From the IMG/VR virus record IMGVR_UViG_3300046507_000773, positions 162,811 through 226,810 of that record: a DNA stretch of 64,000 bases. One strand, given 5' to 3'. Positions 8,389-18,286 of the stretch are shown here, in pieces. Under the pieces are notes generated by a model. It made no database searches, was not told the origin of the DNA, and saw only the letters and a program-made list of their open reading frames with translations. Within the stretch, counting starts at the first letter, position 1. Each line of letters starts with the position of its first letter. The translations under genes were made by a program, and so were the position numbers.

Positions 8389-9873
8389 ATGTTTCAAGCA
8401 TCGAACATCCGCGTCGCCCGTTTCCTGATTTACGAAACCCTCGGCTACGACAACATGTACCGCCGCGCATACAAGACCACGGCTGATGGCGTTGCCTTCG
8501 ATACCCTGGCTGAGCGCATCTCGGCCCATGACCGTATTACGACCGACACTGTCGTCGGCCTGACCAACGGCTTCCTGGCACCGGACATCAATACCGAATC
8601 GCCCAATCCGATCTTCATCCCGGACGGCTGGGGCGCCAAGCGTTGCCGCTTCTTGCTGGAACTGGAATACGACTTCGGCGGCCTCGGCTCGAAGATCCGT
8701 GAAGCCTTCATGGGCTGGACCGATCACTACGGTTTGTCGCTGCAAAGCCAAGCGATCGACCGCGACATGGTGTTCCACCTGAACTCGGTGTCGCACATGA
8801 AGATCCAGGAAATCCCGACGCTCAACGGCATCGAGAAGCACTACAGCGTCCTGGACACGTCGCACATCCTCGCAGCCCAGCAACATCACGGCCAAAGCGG
8901 CGCCTTCAATAACGAGAAGCTGTTCCGCATGCGTCCGGACGATCTGTTCGCCACGATGCAGCTGTCGCACCTGGACACTGGCGGCACCTACGACGACCGT
9001 ACCCGGATCGGCACTGGCGCCCAAAAGGCATCGCGCTCGTCGAACATCACGACGAACTACATGACGAAGATCCTGGACTCGTACCTGACGGCCGCCCGCA
9101 CCCAGGGTGACCTCGGCCAAGACGCCCCGGACATCCTGGAATCGGCACGCAACCGTTCGTACCAGACCAGCTCGGCTTCGTCCGATCCATTCCTGCGCGA
9201 GATCTCCCGCCTGGAAAACGGTGGCAACTACATCCAGGACCACTTCACGTACGCGACGCTCTTGTCGATCGATCCGAACGCTGACAACATGGCCGAAGTG
9301 CAGGTGCTGCCGACCATGATGCGTGACAGCTGGGCAGGCAACACCTCGGAAGAAACCTGGGGTGGCCGCGACATCTACGCACAGTTCGCCACCATCCTGG
9401 CCCAGTCGGTCCCGTCGATCCTGATGGAAACCGGCCTGCAAGCGGTGAAGTTCCAGTCGACGAATCGCAAGATCGGCATGCAGATCGAAACCACCATCCA
9501 GGGCATCAAGTCCTTCAGCGAAGTGTTCTCCCTGGCGCAACAGGGCAACACTTTCATCGAGCGGGTCAACCGCGAGATCATGCTGGACCTGTCCTTCAAC
9601 GGACAGATGGACTACGGCCTCATCATGGAAATGTCGATCCACGGTGAATGCATCGTCGAGCTTTCGCTGAATGGCGACAACAACCTGCACCGGTTCGTTG
9701 CTCCGCTGTTTGCCGATGCGTTCTTCAGCCCGATCGTCACCAGCGATCAACAGCGCAGCCACATGAACGCGGAACACTTCGGTCAATTGGCCGGACGTCT
9801 CGCAGAAGTCAATCTCCTGGGCAGCGCTACGAGCACCAACATCCAGGTCGGCGCCGGCGGCATGGCGTTCTAA
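8389..9873 (+). CDS. picA: PicA/Imp1 phage-nucleus protein import factor (phiKZ gp69-like)
   Basis: 494 aa, abuts the gp68-like stop codon; conserved-looking motifs YRRAY, IPDGW...RFLL, GWTD, RPDDLF; synteny. Confidence 0.72.
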   Translation: MFQASNIRVARFLIYETLGYDNMYRRAYKTTADGVAFDTLAERISAHDRITTDTVVGLTNGFLAPDINTESPNPIFIPDGWGAKRCRFLLELEYDFGGLGSKIREAFMGWTDHYGLSLQSQAIDRDMVFHLNSVSHMKIQEIPTLNGIEKHYSVLDTSHILAAQQHHGQSGAFNNEKLFRMRPDDLFATMQLSHLDTGGTYDDRTRIGTGAQKASRSSNITTNYMTKILDSYLTAARTQGDLGQDAPDILESARNRSYQTSSASSDPFLREISRLENGGNYIQDHFTYATLLSIDPNADNMAEVQVLPTMMRDSWAGNTSEETWGGRDIYAQFATILAQSVPSILMETGLQAVKFQSTNRKIGMQIETTIQGIKSFSEVFSLAQQGNTFIERVNREIMLDLSFNGQMDYGLIMEMSIHGECIVELSLNGDNNLHRFVAPLFADAFFSPIVTSDQQRSHMNAEHFGQLAGRLAEVNLLGSATSTNIQVGAGGMAF

Positions 9874-9881
9874 ATAACAAA

Positions 9882-9903
9882 GGGGGTAGCCGCAACTACC
9901 CCC
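9882..9903 (+). other. GC-rich intergenic hairpin without U tract (mRNA stability or processing element)
   Basis: GGGGGTAG-CCGCAA-CTACCCCC directly before the SD of the next gene. Confidence 0.45.
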
Positions 9904-9918
9904 AACAAGGAGTAATGC

Positions 9919-11226
9919 ATGAAGTTGCTTGAACTGTACAACACCATAGCCGACACGGCTAACTGGGTGGTGTCTCCGGAAGGATTCATCTCCCAGAAAA
10001 CCATCGGCTCCAATAAGGTCGAACCGCTGCTCGTCAAGAAGCTGCGTCTCGCCATGCCGACCGATGAAATCCTTAAGAGCCGCGAGATGCGCGATGTGAT
10101 GGTCTTCCATCCGCTCAAGGAAGACGTGCTGAAGCCCGAGACCGACGTGTTGGACGCATTGCGTACTTCGCTGAACTCGCGCCTGAACGTTACGACCTGC
10201 TGGGTGGCTCTGTCGCTGCTCATCATCGCAGGTTCTTCGGAAGATCATGCCAAGCTCGATCCGGACCAGAGCGAATTCCTGTCGCATGTGAAAGCTGCGA
10301 ACCAGGATTGCGTGGACGACCTGAAGCGCATCTTCGATTCCATGAAGCTCAACGCCAAGGACAAGACCGCGGTGAAGATCTTCACGAAGAAGGGCGGCAG
10401 CATGGGCGGCCAGAAGTACACCTGCCTCGGTGTGGTCAAGTTCCCGCTGTACCAGGAACTGCTCGATTCCGTCGAGAACACCCCGAAGTCCGGCAAGCCT
10501 GAAGTCTTCGGCATCAAGCTCTCGAGCAAGAAAAGCCGGGATGCCCTGATCGCCCTGTTCCGCTACATCTTCCCGAAGATCGACACGCCGGAAGTGTACC
10601 AGTACGGCAGCAGCAGCCTCGTGGCAGCTTTCCTCGATGCGCTGCTGCAAACCACCGCGAAGATCGCGGCACCGATCAATACCGTGATCGACACCTTCTC
10701 GACGATCTTCACCGATCCCGATGAGATGCGCATTCCGGGCGATTGGCTGCCAGTCTTCATGGACCTGGGCACGATGGTCAACGAGATCCGCATGGTCCCG
10801 CAGCAAACGGCCAATGCCCTCGAAATGCCGGACGACGTGAAAGCCAAGCATGCGGTGGACGGCACCAAAGCAGCACCGGCAACGCAGGCCCCGAGCTCGG
10901 GCGCCTACGTGACGCCAGTGGCTGACACGGGACCGGCCAAGACCGAGCGTGGTCTGGACTTCGCCAAACTCGTCAAGGGTGGCGCACAGCCCCAGAAACC
11001 GGCGTTCGGCTTCGGCCAACCGCAACAACAAAGCCAGTTCGGCGGCAACAACACTCACCCGGCGTTTGCAGCGCTGCGTGGTGGTCAGACGCAGAACGCC
11101 AACAATCCGTTCGCACAGTTCCAAACCGGAAATGCGCAAGCTGGTCGTTCGGGCTTCGGCTTTGGTGGTAGCGGCGGCAACAGTGGCGGCGGCTTCGGCT
11201 TCGGCGGAAGTGGTCGCGGCTTCTAA
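9919..11226 (+). CDS. Conserved nucleus-block protein (gp70-like) with FG-rich disordered C-terminus
   Basis: 435 aa, SD AAGGAG; tail AFGFG...QFGG...GFGFGG...GFGFGG...GF. Confidence 0.7.
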   Translation: MKLLELYNTIADTANWVVSPEGFISQKTIGSNKVEPLLVKKLRLAMPTDEILKSREMRDVMVFHPLKEDVLKPETDVLDALRTSLNSRLNVTTCWVALSLLIIAGSSEDHAKLDPDQSEFLSHVKAANQDCVDDLKRIFDSMKLNAKDKTAVKIFTKKGGSMGGQKYTCLGVVKFPLYQELLDSVENTPKSGKPEVFGIKLSSKKSRDALIALFRYIFPKIDTPEVYQYGSSSLVAAFLDALLQTTAKIAAPINTVIDTFSTIFTDPDEMRIPGDWLPVFMDLGTMVNEIRMVPQQTANALEMPDDVKAKHAVDGTKAAPATQAPSSGAYVTPVADTGPAKTERGLDFAKLVKGGAQPQKPAFGFGQPQQQSQFGGNNTHPAFAALRGGQTQNANNPFAQFQTGNAQAGRSGFGFGGSGGNSGGGFGFGGSGRGF

Positions 11227-11240
11227 GTTGCCGGCATAAG

Positions 11241-11285
11241 CGGCATAAAAGAACCATCCCCGTGTTTGGAGATGGTTCTTTTTTT
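11241..11285. terminator. Bidirectional terminator between convergent genes
   Basis: AAAAGAACCATC...GATGGTTCTTTT flanked by A and T tracts; preceded by CGGCATA. Confidence 0.8.
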
Positions 11286-11303
11286 GTTTGTTTAGAAGTT
11301 GTG

Positions 11304-11639
11304 TTACGCGCGCTTTTTGGTCCGATAAGCCTGAAGGCGTTTGCTCACCACGGTTGCATCTGGCACCAGGATGACCTCCAGATCCTTGAAGGAATCAGTG
11401 GGACTGGTCAATCCCGCCAAGCGCATGGTGATGTAGTGCAGCTCACCGGAGATTTTCATCTTCGTGAGCATTCCGTAGAAATCAAACTCGAAGACTTCCT
11501 TGTCGATGGACTGAACAGCCATCGGTGCAGTCTGCGGGTGATTCCTAAAGTACGTAAGGTGGTCTTCTAATACAGTACGAAACCCTGCATCGTAATAAGA
11601 GAGATCAACCTTACTGATCATCAAATCTTCAATAGCCAT
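11304..11639 (-). CDS. Small conserved protein, possibly LysM/T4 gp53-like baseplate component
   Basis: SD AAGGA; motif HYITMRLAGLTSP...ILVP loosely resembles gp53/LysM. Confidence 0.5.
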   Translation of the reverse strand: MAIEDLMISKVDLSYYDAGFRTVLEDHLTYFRNHPQTAPMAVQSIDKEVFEFDFYGMLTKMKISGELHYITMRLAGLTSPTDSFKDLEVILVPDATVVSKRLQAYRTKKRA

Positions 11640-11658
11640 TGGAAAATCCTTAAATTAT

Positions 11659-11675
11659 TTTCACTCACATATTAC
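11659..11675 (+). promoter_or_regulatory. Putative early promoter
   Basis: TTTCACTCACATATTAC upstream of the nvRNAP beta gene; near-copy at 6787. Confidence 0.6.
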
Positions 11676-11748
11676 TAAAGTGTACCAAGTATAAGAGTAC
11701 ACAGCTTTAAACTGGTTTTCGTATTAGAAACAAGAAAAAGGAATCTTT

Positions 11749-13953
11749 GTGATGAGTGTAGAAGCACCCGACACACACATGAGTGGGGTCGCGGAGGGCA
11801 ATTGGGATATCCTACCGCGAAAGTACGAACCTAACCAACTGTTCCGTGAGTTCCTGTCGATCAACGGACTGAATCCCTACGATGGTTACGACTCCTCTAG
11901 CCGCAAGCAGATGTTCTCGAGCCACCTGGGTCAAGCGCTGGTAATCCGTGGCGCAACGCGGCGCCGTATCCAAACGGGTATGGAACGCGAGTACGCGAAG
12001 TACACTTTCGGCGTTCGCATGCCGGAAGACGGACAAGTGTTGAAAGTGATCGACCGTTATCCCACGGCCAATGCTTTCAACGCGATCCGCATGAATCCGC
12101 AGTCGGTCATGATCTACGAGGAATACGGCACCAACCGCATTGGTGTTCTGAACATGCCTCGCTACTGTTCATACCATCAATACTTCGGATTCGAGCTCAA
12201 GTACGACAAGTCGCTCAAGCAAATGCTGCGGCGCGGCCAAGCGTTCTCGAAAGATACGGTGTTTGCGCAAACGCCCAACATCGATGACAACGGGGACTAT
12301 ACGTACGGCATCCAGCTGAACATGTGCTTGATGACGCACCCGGCGGTATCTGAAGACGGTGTGATGATTTGCCGTGACGTTTTGCCACGTCTGGCTTACA
12401 AAACCTACGAACGCCGTACTATCTCGTTCGGTGCCAAACGCTTCCCTGTCAATGCGTACGGCACCATCAACGAATACAAGCCGTTCCCGGACATCGGCGA
12501 TTATATCCATGAAAGCGGACTCATCATGGCCTTGCGTTCGTACAGCAAGGAACTCGCCCCGGTCGACCAAAGTATCCACGATCTCCTGGAAGTGGATCAC
12601 TTCTTCGACGAGTGCACGTACTCTGTGCCCGGCAAAGGTCGAGTGGTGGACATCATTATCCATCACGACGAGAACAGTCTCAACCCCTGCACGCCGCTGG
12701 GTATGGAGGCCCAAGCGAAGAAGTACGATGCAGCCACCAAGCAGTTCTTCAAGGCGATCTTGGGCGAGTACAACGACCTCAAGAAATCCCGCAAGGACAA
12801 TCTGGAACTCACGCCGCAGATGCAAAGTCTGGTGCGTGAAGCGATCTCGGTCGTTGGTGACCACAAGGAAGCCATCCAGAAGCTGAATCGCCAAGTTCCG
12901 ATGGACGACTGGACCATCACGTTCGTCATCGAATACGAGAACATCCCGGACGTCGGCAACAAGATGACCGACTGCCACGGCGGTAAGGGCGTGATCGTGT
13001 ACGTGGCTGAACCGCACGAAATGCCGTTCGATCCTGTGACTGGCAAGCGGGCTGATGTGGTCATGGACCCGTTGTCCACCTGGGGCCGCATGAATACGGG
13101 CCGTCTGTACGAACAGTTCACCAATGCTGCAGGTGACCACGTACAGAAAACTGTCTGCGAGATTCTCGGATTTACTCCTGGTGAGAAGGGCCTGGAGCCG
13201 AAGATCGCGAAGATGCAGCGGGACAATCCTGCGCTGTTCCACAGTGCATGGAGTTACCTGATCGAGTTCTATCGAACAGTCAGTCCGATCCAGGCATCGT
13301 GGTTTGACGATGGCACCTACGCACTATCGCCAGCGTACCACATGGCGCAAGTGATCGAGAACAACACGACGATCTTCAGTCCACCGGAGAACGATCTTGA
13401 AGGTCTCGACATCGTCGCTGACATCATCCTCAAGTACCGTCCGCATCTGGGGCCGGTATGGTACACTGGTTACTCCGGTAAGCGTGTACTGACGAAGATG
13501 GATATCCGCATTGCCGAGATGTACTTCATCGTCCTGGAGAAAACCGGTGACGACTGGACGGCAGTGGGTTCGGGTAAGGTGCAGCACTTCGGCGTTCTCT
13601 CGCAAGTATCGGGTATCGACAAGTATGCATTGCCGACCCGTCAGAATCCAACCCGTACCTTGGGCGAGGCTGAGCTTCGAATCCTGGAAGCATACCTGGG
13701 CGGTGAAGTGGTAGCCGAGATGATGGACCGTAACAACAATCCGTTGGCGCATCGTCACATCGTCGAAGAAATCCTGACGGCAGACGTTCCGTCGAATATC
13801 GAACGCATCGTGGATCGCGTGAAGATTCCATTCGGCGGCTCTAAGCCACTGCAACTGGTGAAGCACTTACTCGAGGGTGCTGGCCTTCGTTTCGTCCTGA
13901 GAGCTTGGGACTATGCGAAGAAACCATTTAACTTCCCGAGGAAGAGCAAGTAG
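11749..13953 (+). CDS. Non-virion RNAP beta C-terminal subunit (phiKZ gp71-73-like), uninterrupted
   Basis: SSRKQMFSSH..QA, SEDG, GNKMTDCHGGKGVI, RMNTG, LGEAE beta-subunit motifs. Confidence 0.92.
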   Translation: MMSVEAPDTHMSGVAEGNWDILPRKYEPNQLFREFLSINGLNPYDGYDSSSRKQMFSSHLGQALVIRGATRRRIQTGMEREYAKYTFGVRMPEDGQVLKVIDRYPTANAFNAIRMNPQSVMIYEEYGTNRIGVLNMPRYCSYHQYFGFELKYDKSLKQMLRRGQAFSKDTVFAQTPNIDDNGDYTYGIQLNMCLMTHPAVSEDGVMICRDVLPRLAYKTYERRTISFGAKRFPVNAYGTINEYKPFPDIGDYIHESGLIMALRSYSKELAPVDQSIHDLLEVDHFFDECTYSVPGKGRVVDIIIHHDENSLNPCTPLGMEAQAKKYDAATKQFFKAILGEYNDLKKSRKDNLELTPQMQSLVREAISVVGDHKEAIQKLNRQVPMDDWTITFVIEYENIPDVGNKMTDCHGGKGVIVYVAEPHEMPFDPVTGKRADVVMDPLSTWGRMNTGRLYEQFTNAAGDHVQKTVCEILGFTPGEKGLEPKIAKMQRDNPALFHSAWSYLIEFYRTVSPIQASWFDDGTYALSPAYHMAQVIENNTTIFSPPENDLEGLDIVADIILKYRPHLGPVWYTGYSGKRVLTKMDIRIAEMYFIVLEKTGDDWTAVGSGKVQHFGVLSQVSGIDKYALPTRQNPTRTLGEAELRILEAYLGGEVVAEMMDRNNNPLAHRHIVEEILTADVPSNIERIVDRVKIPFGGSKPLQLVKHLLEGAGLRFVLRAWDYAKKPFNFPRKSK

Positions 13954-13999
13954 CAATGTCCGGCCCTCTTCGTGGGGGCTGGACTGAAAGGATAAAAAG

Positions 14000-16153
14000 A
14001 TGCAGCTTAAGAAGTATCTCCTTCGTACCTTCCTGGACTACAGTACCCAACAGCTGTGGGCCATGATGCAAGGGCGCATGATCGTGCGCTACGACGACGG
14101 GACTGAAGAAGAAGTCAGCTTCAAGGATATCGTCTACAGTTCCTACGCTTGGGAATTCCACCGGCGTTACCGCAAGACGCCGCTGTTGCCGAAACATCTG
14201 GCAAGGAATGTTCTGGGCAAGAATCGCATGGGACCGAGCACTCACCTGAAGTTGCTGGGCAATGCGATCAATGCGACGCACGATACCTACATCATGGATC
14301 GTACGCAAACTCACGTTCAGCTGGACGATGGCGAGGTCATCTCTGTCGATGACTTCAAAGACCGTCTGTCGGAACTGGAGTACCGCACAACCAACCAGCT
14401 CTACAATTACGCCGTCACGGGTTTGGAGGAATACGTGGTCGGCATCGACATGGTGCACATGTTCGAGGTGATGACCCATCCGCGAGTGCTGCAGGCAAAC
14501 AATGCCTTGCCGTACAAGTACGATGAGATCAAGGCGAAATACCGTGATCGCAATCGCCTGATGCGTGAAGGTCAGAAAATTATCAACGAGGCTCATGATG
14601 TAGTTAGCGATACGCTGCACAATGACCCCTCGCTCGATAACAATCCACTGGCTCAAGCTGTGCGCTCCGGCCTCGTGAACGAAAGCCAAACGCTGCAATG
14701 CGTCTCGGCTCGCGGTTATCTGACGGACATCGACTCGGACCTCTTCACCCATCCGATTCTGCGCGGCTATGGTCACGGCTTGCGCCTGATCCACGATTCC
14801 GGTATCGAGTCTCGCTCGGCATCGAAGTCGCTGCTGTTCACGAAAGATCCGCTGCGGGAAGCTGAATACTTCTCGCGTCGTTTGCAGCTGGTGTCCTTTA
14901 ACGTGCAGAACCTGCACCATGGCGACTGTGGTTCGGAAGACTACATGTACGTCACGATGCGGGACAAAGAAGTGGTGGATGATAAGGTCAAGCGTAAGTC
15001 TGACCTGAAGACCTACCAAGGCATGTTCTACATGGACGACGACGGGCAACTGAGGTCGATCAAGGAAGGGGACAAGCACCTCATCGGTCGACAGCTGAAA
15101 CTGCGGACCATCATGCATTGCCACCACGAAGATCCGGTGGGTGCGTGTAGTACTTGCGTGGGTGAACTGGCTACCTTCGTACCCAAGGGCTCGAACCTCG
15201 GCCACGCAGCTTGCGTGACGTTGGCATCGAAATCCTCGCAGAACGTGATGTCGGTCAAGCACAACGACGGTAACTCCGACGTTGACTCGATCATCCTGGG
15301 TCCGGAATATCGACATCTGTTCAAGGTATCGGCTGATGGTAACGCGTACATGCTGGACCCGAGTCTGAAAGACAAGAAGCCCAAGATCGTCATCCCTGGC
15401 GACAAAGCGTACAACTTGTCCGACATCTACCTGCCAAAGCGCGTGAACGAATTGCCGATCTCGCGCGTGACGCAACTGGAAGCCGTGTCGATCGAAACGC
15501 ATTGGGGCGAAGGTGATACCCCGCCGATGCGTGAAATCGTACCGGTGGCCATCGGTAATCGCTTAGCATCGTTCACCCATGCGATGCTGGACCACATCAA
15601 ACGTAAAGGCGCAAACGCCTGGACGGTGGATGCCAAAGGCTTTTACGTCATCGATCTCGAAGGCTGGGACTATCAGGATGCAATCATGTCCCTGCCGATG
15701 AAGCACTTCAACATGAGCGACCACTCGAAAGAACTGGCCGACATGCTCGAGTCGACCGTGAAAGAACTGGAACTGCGCGATAAACACGTGAGTCCTGAAG
15801 CATTCTTGCAGGAATTCCACGATTTGGTGAACCAAAAGCTGGACGTGAACTTTGCCGTGAATGCAATCGTGGTGTACGCCTCGATGATCGTCTCGGCCGA
15901 GAACAACAACTACAGCCTGCCAAAGCCGTGGACCGATTCCGGCCTGGGTGTCAAAGACATCACCATGCGCATGCGTTCGCTGTCTGCTGAGATGGCCCAC
16001 GAAAATCACCACTCGGTATTGCGTGATCCGGCAAGTTTCATCGACGACAACCGGATGCCACATCCGTTTGACGGCTTGCTGATGCCATTCGAAATGTATC
16101 AACATCGTTATGGCGCAGTCCCGAATCTGGAGGCTAGCCGGCAACAGTTCTAA
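14000..16153 (+). CDS. Non-virion RNAP beta' C-terminal subunit (phiKZ gp74-like)
   Basis: EYFSRRLQL bridge-helix region, DCGS, Zn site C...ACSTCVG, trigger-loop-like SQNVMSVKH. Confidence 0.88.
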   Translation: MQLKKYLLRTFLDYSTQQLWAMMQGRMIVRYDDGTEEEVSFKDIVYSSYAWEFHRRYRKTPLLPKHLARNVLGKNRMGPSTHLKLLGNAINATHDTYIMDRTQTHVQLDDGEVISVDDFKDRLSELEYRTTNQLYNYAVTGLEEYVVGIDMVHMFEVMTHPRVLQANNALPYKYDEIKAKYRDRNRLMREGQKIINEAHDVVSDTLHNDPSLDNNPLAQAVRSGLVNESQTLQCVSARGYLTDIDSDLFTHPILRGYGHGLRLIHDSGIESRSASKSLLFTKDPLREAEYFSRRLQLVSFNVQNLHHGDCGSEDYMYVTMRDKEVVDDKVKRKSDLKTYQGMFYMDDDGQLRSIKEGDKHLIGRQLKLRTIMHCHHEDPVGACSTCVGELATFVPKGSNLGHAACVTLASKSSQNVMSVKHNDGNSDVDSIILGPEYRHLFKVSADGNAYMLDPSLKDKKPKIVIPGDKAYNLSDIYLPKRVNELPISRVTQLEAVSIETHWGEGDTPPMREIVPVAIGNRLASFTHAMLDHIKRKGANAWTVDAKGFYVIDLEGWDYQDAIMSLPMKHFNMSDHSKELADMLESTVKELELRDKHVSPEAFLQEFHDLVNQKLDVNFAVNAIVVYASMIVSAENNNYSLPKPWTDSGLGVKDITMRMRSLSAEMAHENHHSVLRDPASFIDDNRMPHPFDGLLMPFEMYQHRYGAVPNLEASRQQF

Positions 16154-16178
16154 GAAAGGAAGATTATAGGTAGCGTTA

Positions 16179-17711
16179 ATGGCGACTGAACTTACCATCA
16201 GGATGCGGACTCACCATTTTGTGGTGAACCGCATCACGCCTCGTAGTCGTCCGTGCGTGACGGCATTTGCGAGGCAATATATCCAATATGGTTTTTCTCG
16301 AGGTAACGGTTTTGCACGCCCAGCCTTGAAGGTCTATGCAGCCGCCACGGATGATCGGAGTGAGTATCGCTTCCATATCAACCAATGGGCTCCGTTCCAG
16401 GAGTTCTTGCGACTGCACCGACTGGATGAAGCTCTCATTGAGCTCATTCACGATCCTTTGCATGAGGCGCTACCTGTAGAGCTTCCTGTGCTCCCGCAGT
16501 GGGTGCCACGGGAATCCCAGCCGCTGGCGATTGAATACTTGGTAAAGCCGCCTCCGCCGCATTCCAAGTTCGTCGACATGCAGACAGGTAAAGGGAAATC
16601 CTTTTGCGCCATGCAGGGCATGTCCACTGTCGGTTTCCGAACCGTCGGTGTGATGAAGCCTCAGTTCCTTGCAAAATGGATTGAGGACATGGGGAGAACT
16701 TACGATTTGCCACTCGATCAATACGTGGTGATTCGTGGGTCGGACCAATTGATTGCGCTGCTACATCTTGCCATGTCGGGGGAGCTCACACAACGGGTGA
16801 TCCTGATCAGTAACAAGACGATGCAGAACTACATCAAGCTCTACGAAGAGCATGGTGCCGCAATCGTTGACATGGGCTACCCATGCATGCCTGACGAGAT
16901 GTGGGCGATACTGCAAGCTGGTATTCGCTTGATCGACGAAGTTCACATGGACTACCATCTGAACTTTAAGCTTGACCTGTACACCAACATCTACTTGTCG
17001 TTCTCGCTGTCGGCCACCTTGCTGTCTAAGGATGCCTTCCAGATGAGGATGTACGAGCTCGGCTACCCGATGGTGCAACGCTATAAGGGGCCAGCTTACG
17101 ACAAGTACGCACGTACCCGTGCTGTCTTGTACGCGTTTAAAGAACCGGACAAGATCAAGTGCCGTGAACGTGGCTCGACGATGTATTCGCACAATGTGTT
17201 CGAGGACAGCATCCTCAAGAGTCCCAAGATGACCGGGAACTTCTTCGAGTTTGCCAACACGATCTTAAAGCGCGAGTACCTGGAAGAAGGTTTCTACAAG
17301 AAGGGCGACCGGGCGATCATCTATTGCAGTTCGATCGACATGTGTACGGCCCTATCGGATTACTTGAAGAAGCTCTACCCAGACAAAGTCGTCAACCGTT
17401 ACGTGGGTCTTGATCCACGTGAACACCTGATGGAATCTGAGATCGTGGTCACCACACTCGGTTCCGCTGGTACGGGTCACGACATTCCGGACTTGACGAC
17501 TGTGATTCTCTTGGTCGCTATCCGGGCAAGTGCTGGTAACTTGCAGGGCTTTGGTCGCTTACGTAAGTTGAAAGACGGACGCACGCCGCGTTTCGCTTAC
17601 GGTGTGAACGAGGACAACCTCAAGCACGTCGAGTACCACGAGGACAAGCGGGAGCTCTTGGAGAGCCGCAGTGTTTCGTACAAGCTCGAGTACTATGATC
17701 TACTGATCTAG
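16179..17711 (+). CDS. Superfamily 2 (DExH) helicase, phiKZ gp75-like
   Basis: Walker A QTGKGKS, DEVH, SAT, motif VI QGFGRLR. Confidence 0.9.
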   Translation: MATELTIRMRTHHFVVNRITPRSRPCVTAFARQYIQYGFSRGNGFARPALKVYAAATDDRSEYRFHINQWAPFQEFLRLHRLDEALIELIHDPLHEALPVELPVLPQWVPRESQPLAIEYLVKPPPPHSKFVDMQTGKGKSFCAMQGMSTVGFRTVGVMKPQFLAKWIEDMGRTYDLPLDQYVVIRGSDQLIALLHLAMSGELTQRVILISNKTMQNYIKLYEEHGAAIVDMGYPCMPDEMWAILQAGIRLIDEVHMDYHLNFKLDLYTNIYLSFSLSATLLSKDAFQMRMYELGYPMVQRYKGPAYDKYARTRAVLYAFKEPDKIKCRERGSTMYSHNVFEDSILKSPKMTGNFFEFANTILKREYLEEGFYKKGDRAIIYCSSIDMCTALSDYLKKLYPDKVVNRYVGLDPREHLMESEIVVTTLGSAGTGHDIPDLTTVILLVAIRASAGNLQGFGRLRKLKDGRTPRFAYGVNEDNLKHVEYHEDKRELLESRSVSYKLEYYDLLI

Positions 17712-17715
17712 TGGA

Positions 17716-17749
17716 GTCCCTCCTTCGGGAGGGGCTTCTTTTATGCCGC
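17716..17749 (+). terminator. Terminator with TTTATGCCG tail
   Basis: GTCCCTCC-TTCG-GGAGGGGC then TTCTTTTATGCCG. Confidence 0.75.
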
Positions 17750-17763
17750 AAGGAGAAAAAGAA

Positions 17764-18231
17764 ATGTATCTTACTTACCAACAGCACGTCGAAGGCTCCA
17801 AACACCTGATGCGCACTCTGCCTATTTTGGCAGTGGCTCCAGCGTTCGGTGAGCTTCTCAATACCCTGGGAAGGCTCTGGGAAGTAGACGAGGACCTTAC
17901 GCTCGGTGTTCGCCATCTGGAAACGCCTTACGGTTCCCATGGGCGCACGGGCGATCCGTACAGCGTCTTCTATCTGTACGAAGACGAGAAGGCACCGAAT
18001 GCCCATCCGCAAGGGCTCGGTCTTCCCTGGGTCAAGATGAGTCGCAACCACGAGGACAAAAGCCCGACGGCAGTTCACATCGAGTACTACGTTGGGTCGG
18101 ACAAGAAGCGTGACGACTACTGCGACTTCCATTCGATCTATCAGAAGGCGTTGGCGGCAGCCCACTTTCTGTTCGAAGGCAAGATCAGCATTGACCCCAA
18201 CGAGTATCAGGAATTTAGCCTGACGCCCTAA
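17764..18231 (+). CDS. Hypothetical protein
   Basis: AAGGAG SD before ATG 17764; about 155 aa. Confidence 0.6.
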   Translation: MYLTYQQHVEGSKHLMRTLPILAVAPAFGELLNTLGRLWEVDEDLTLGVRHLETPYGSHGRTGDPYSVFYLYEDEKAPNAHPQGLGLPWVKMSRNHEDKSPTAVHIEYYVGSDKKRDDYCDFHSIYQKALAAAHFLFEGKISIDPNEYQEFSLTP

Positions 18232-18233
18232 CC

Positions 18234-18283
18234 CGGCATAAACCCCCAGGCTTATCACCTGGGGGCTCATCTTATTTTTTTTT
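18234..18283. terminator. Bidirectional terminator
   Basis: CGGCATAAA-CCCCCAGG...CCTGGGGG followed by a T tract; between convergent genes. Confidence 0.7.
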
Positions 18284-18286
18284 GTT

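Noticed and set aside
8347-11139. 930-aa minus-strand ORF and similar long antisense ORFs (19872-22034, 28174-30375, 39277-41121, 40721-42343, 43867-45678)
   Set aside because: They mirror codon-biased real genes on the opposite strand and have no motifs or SD
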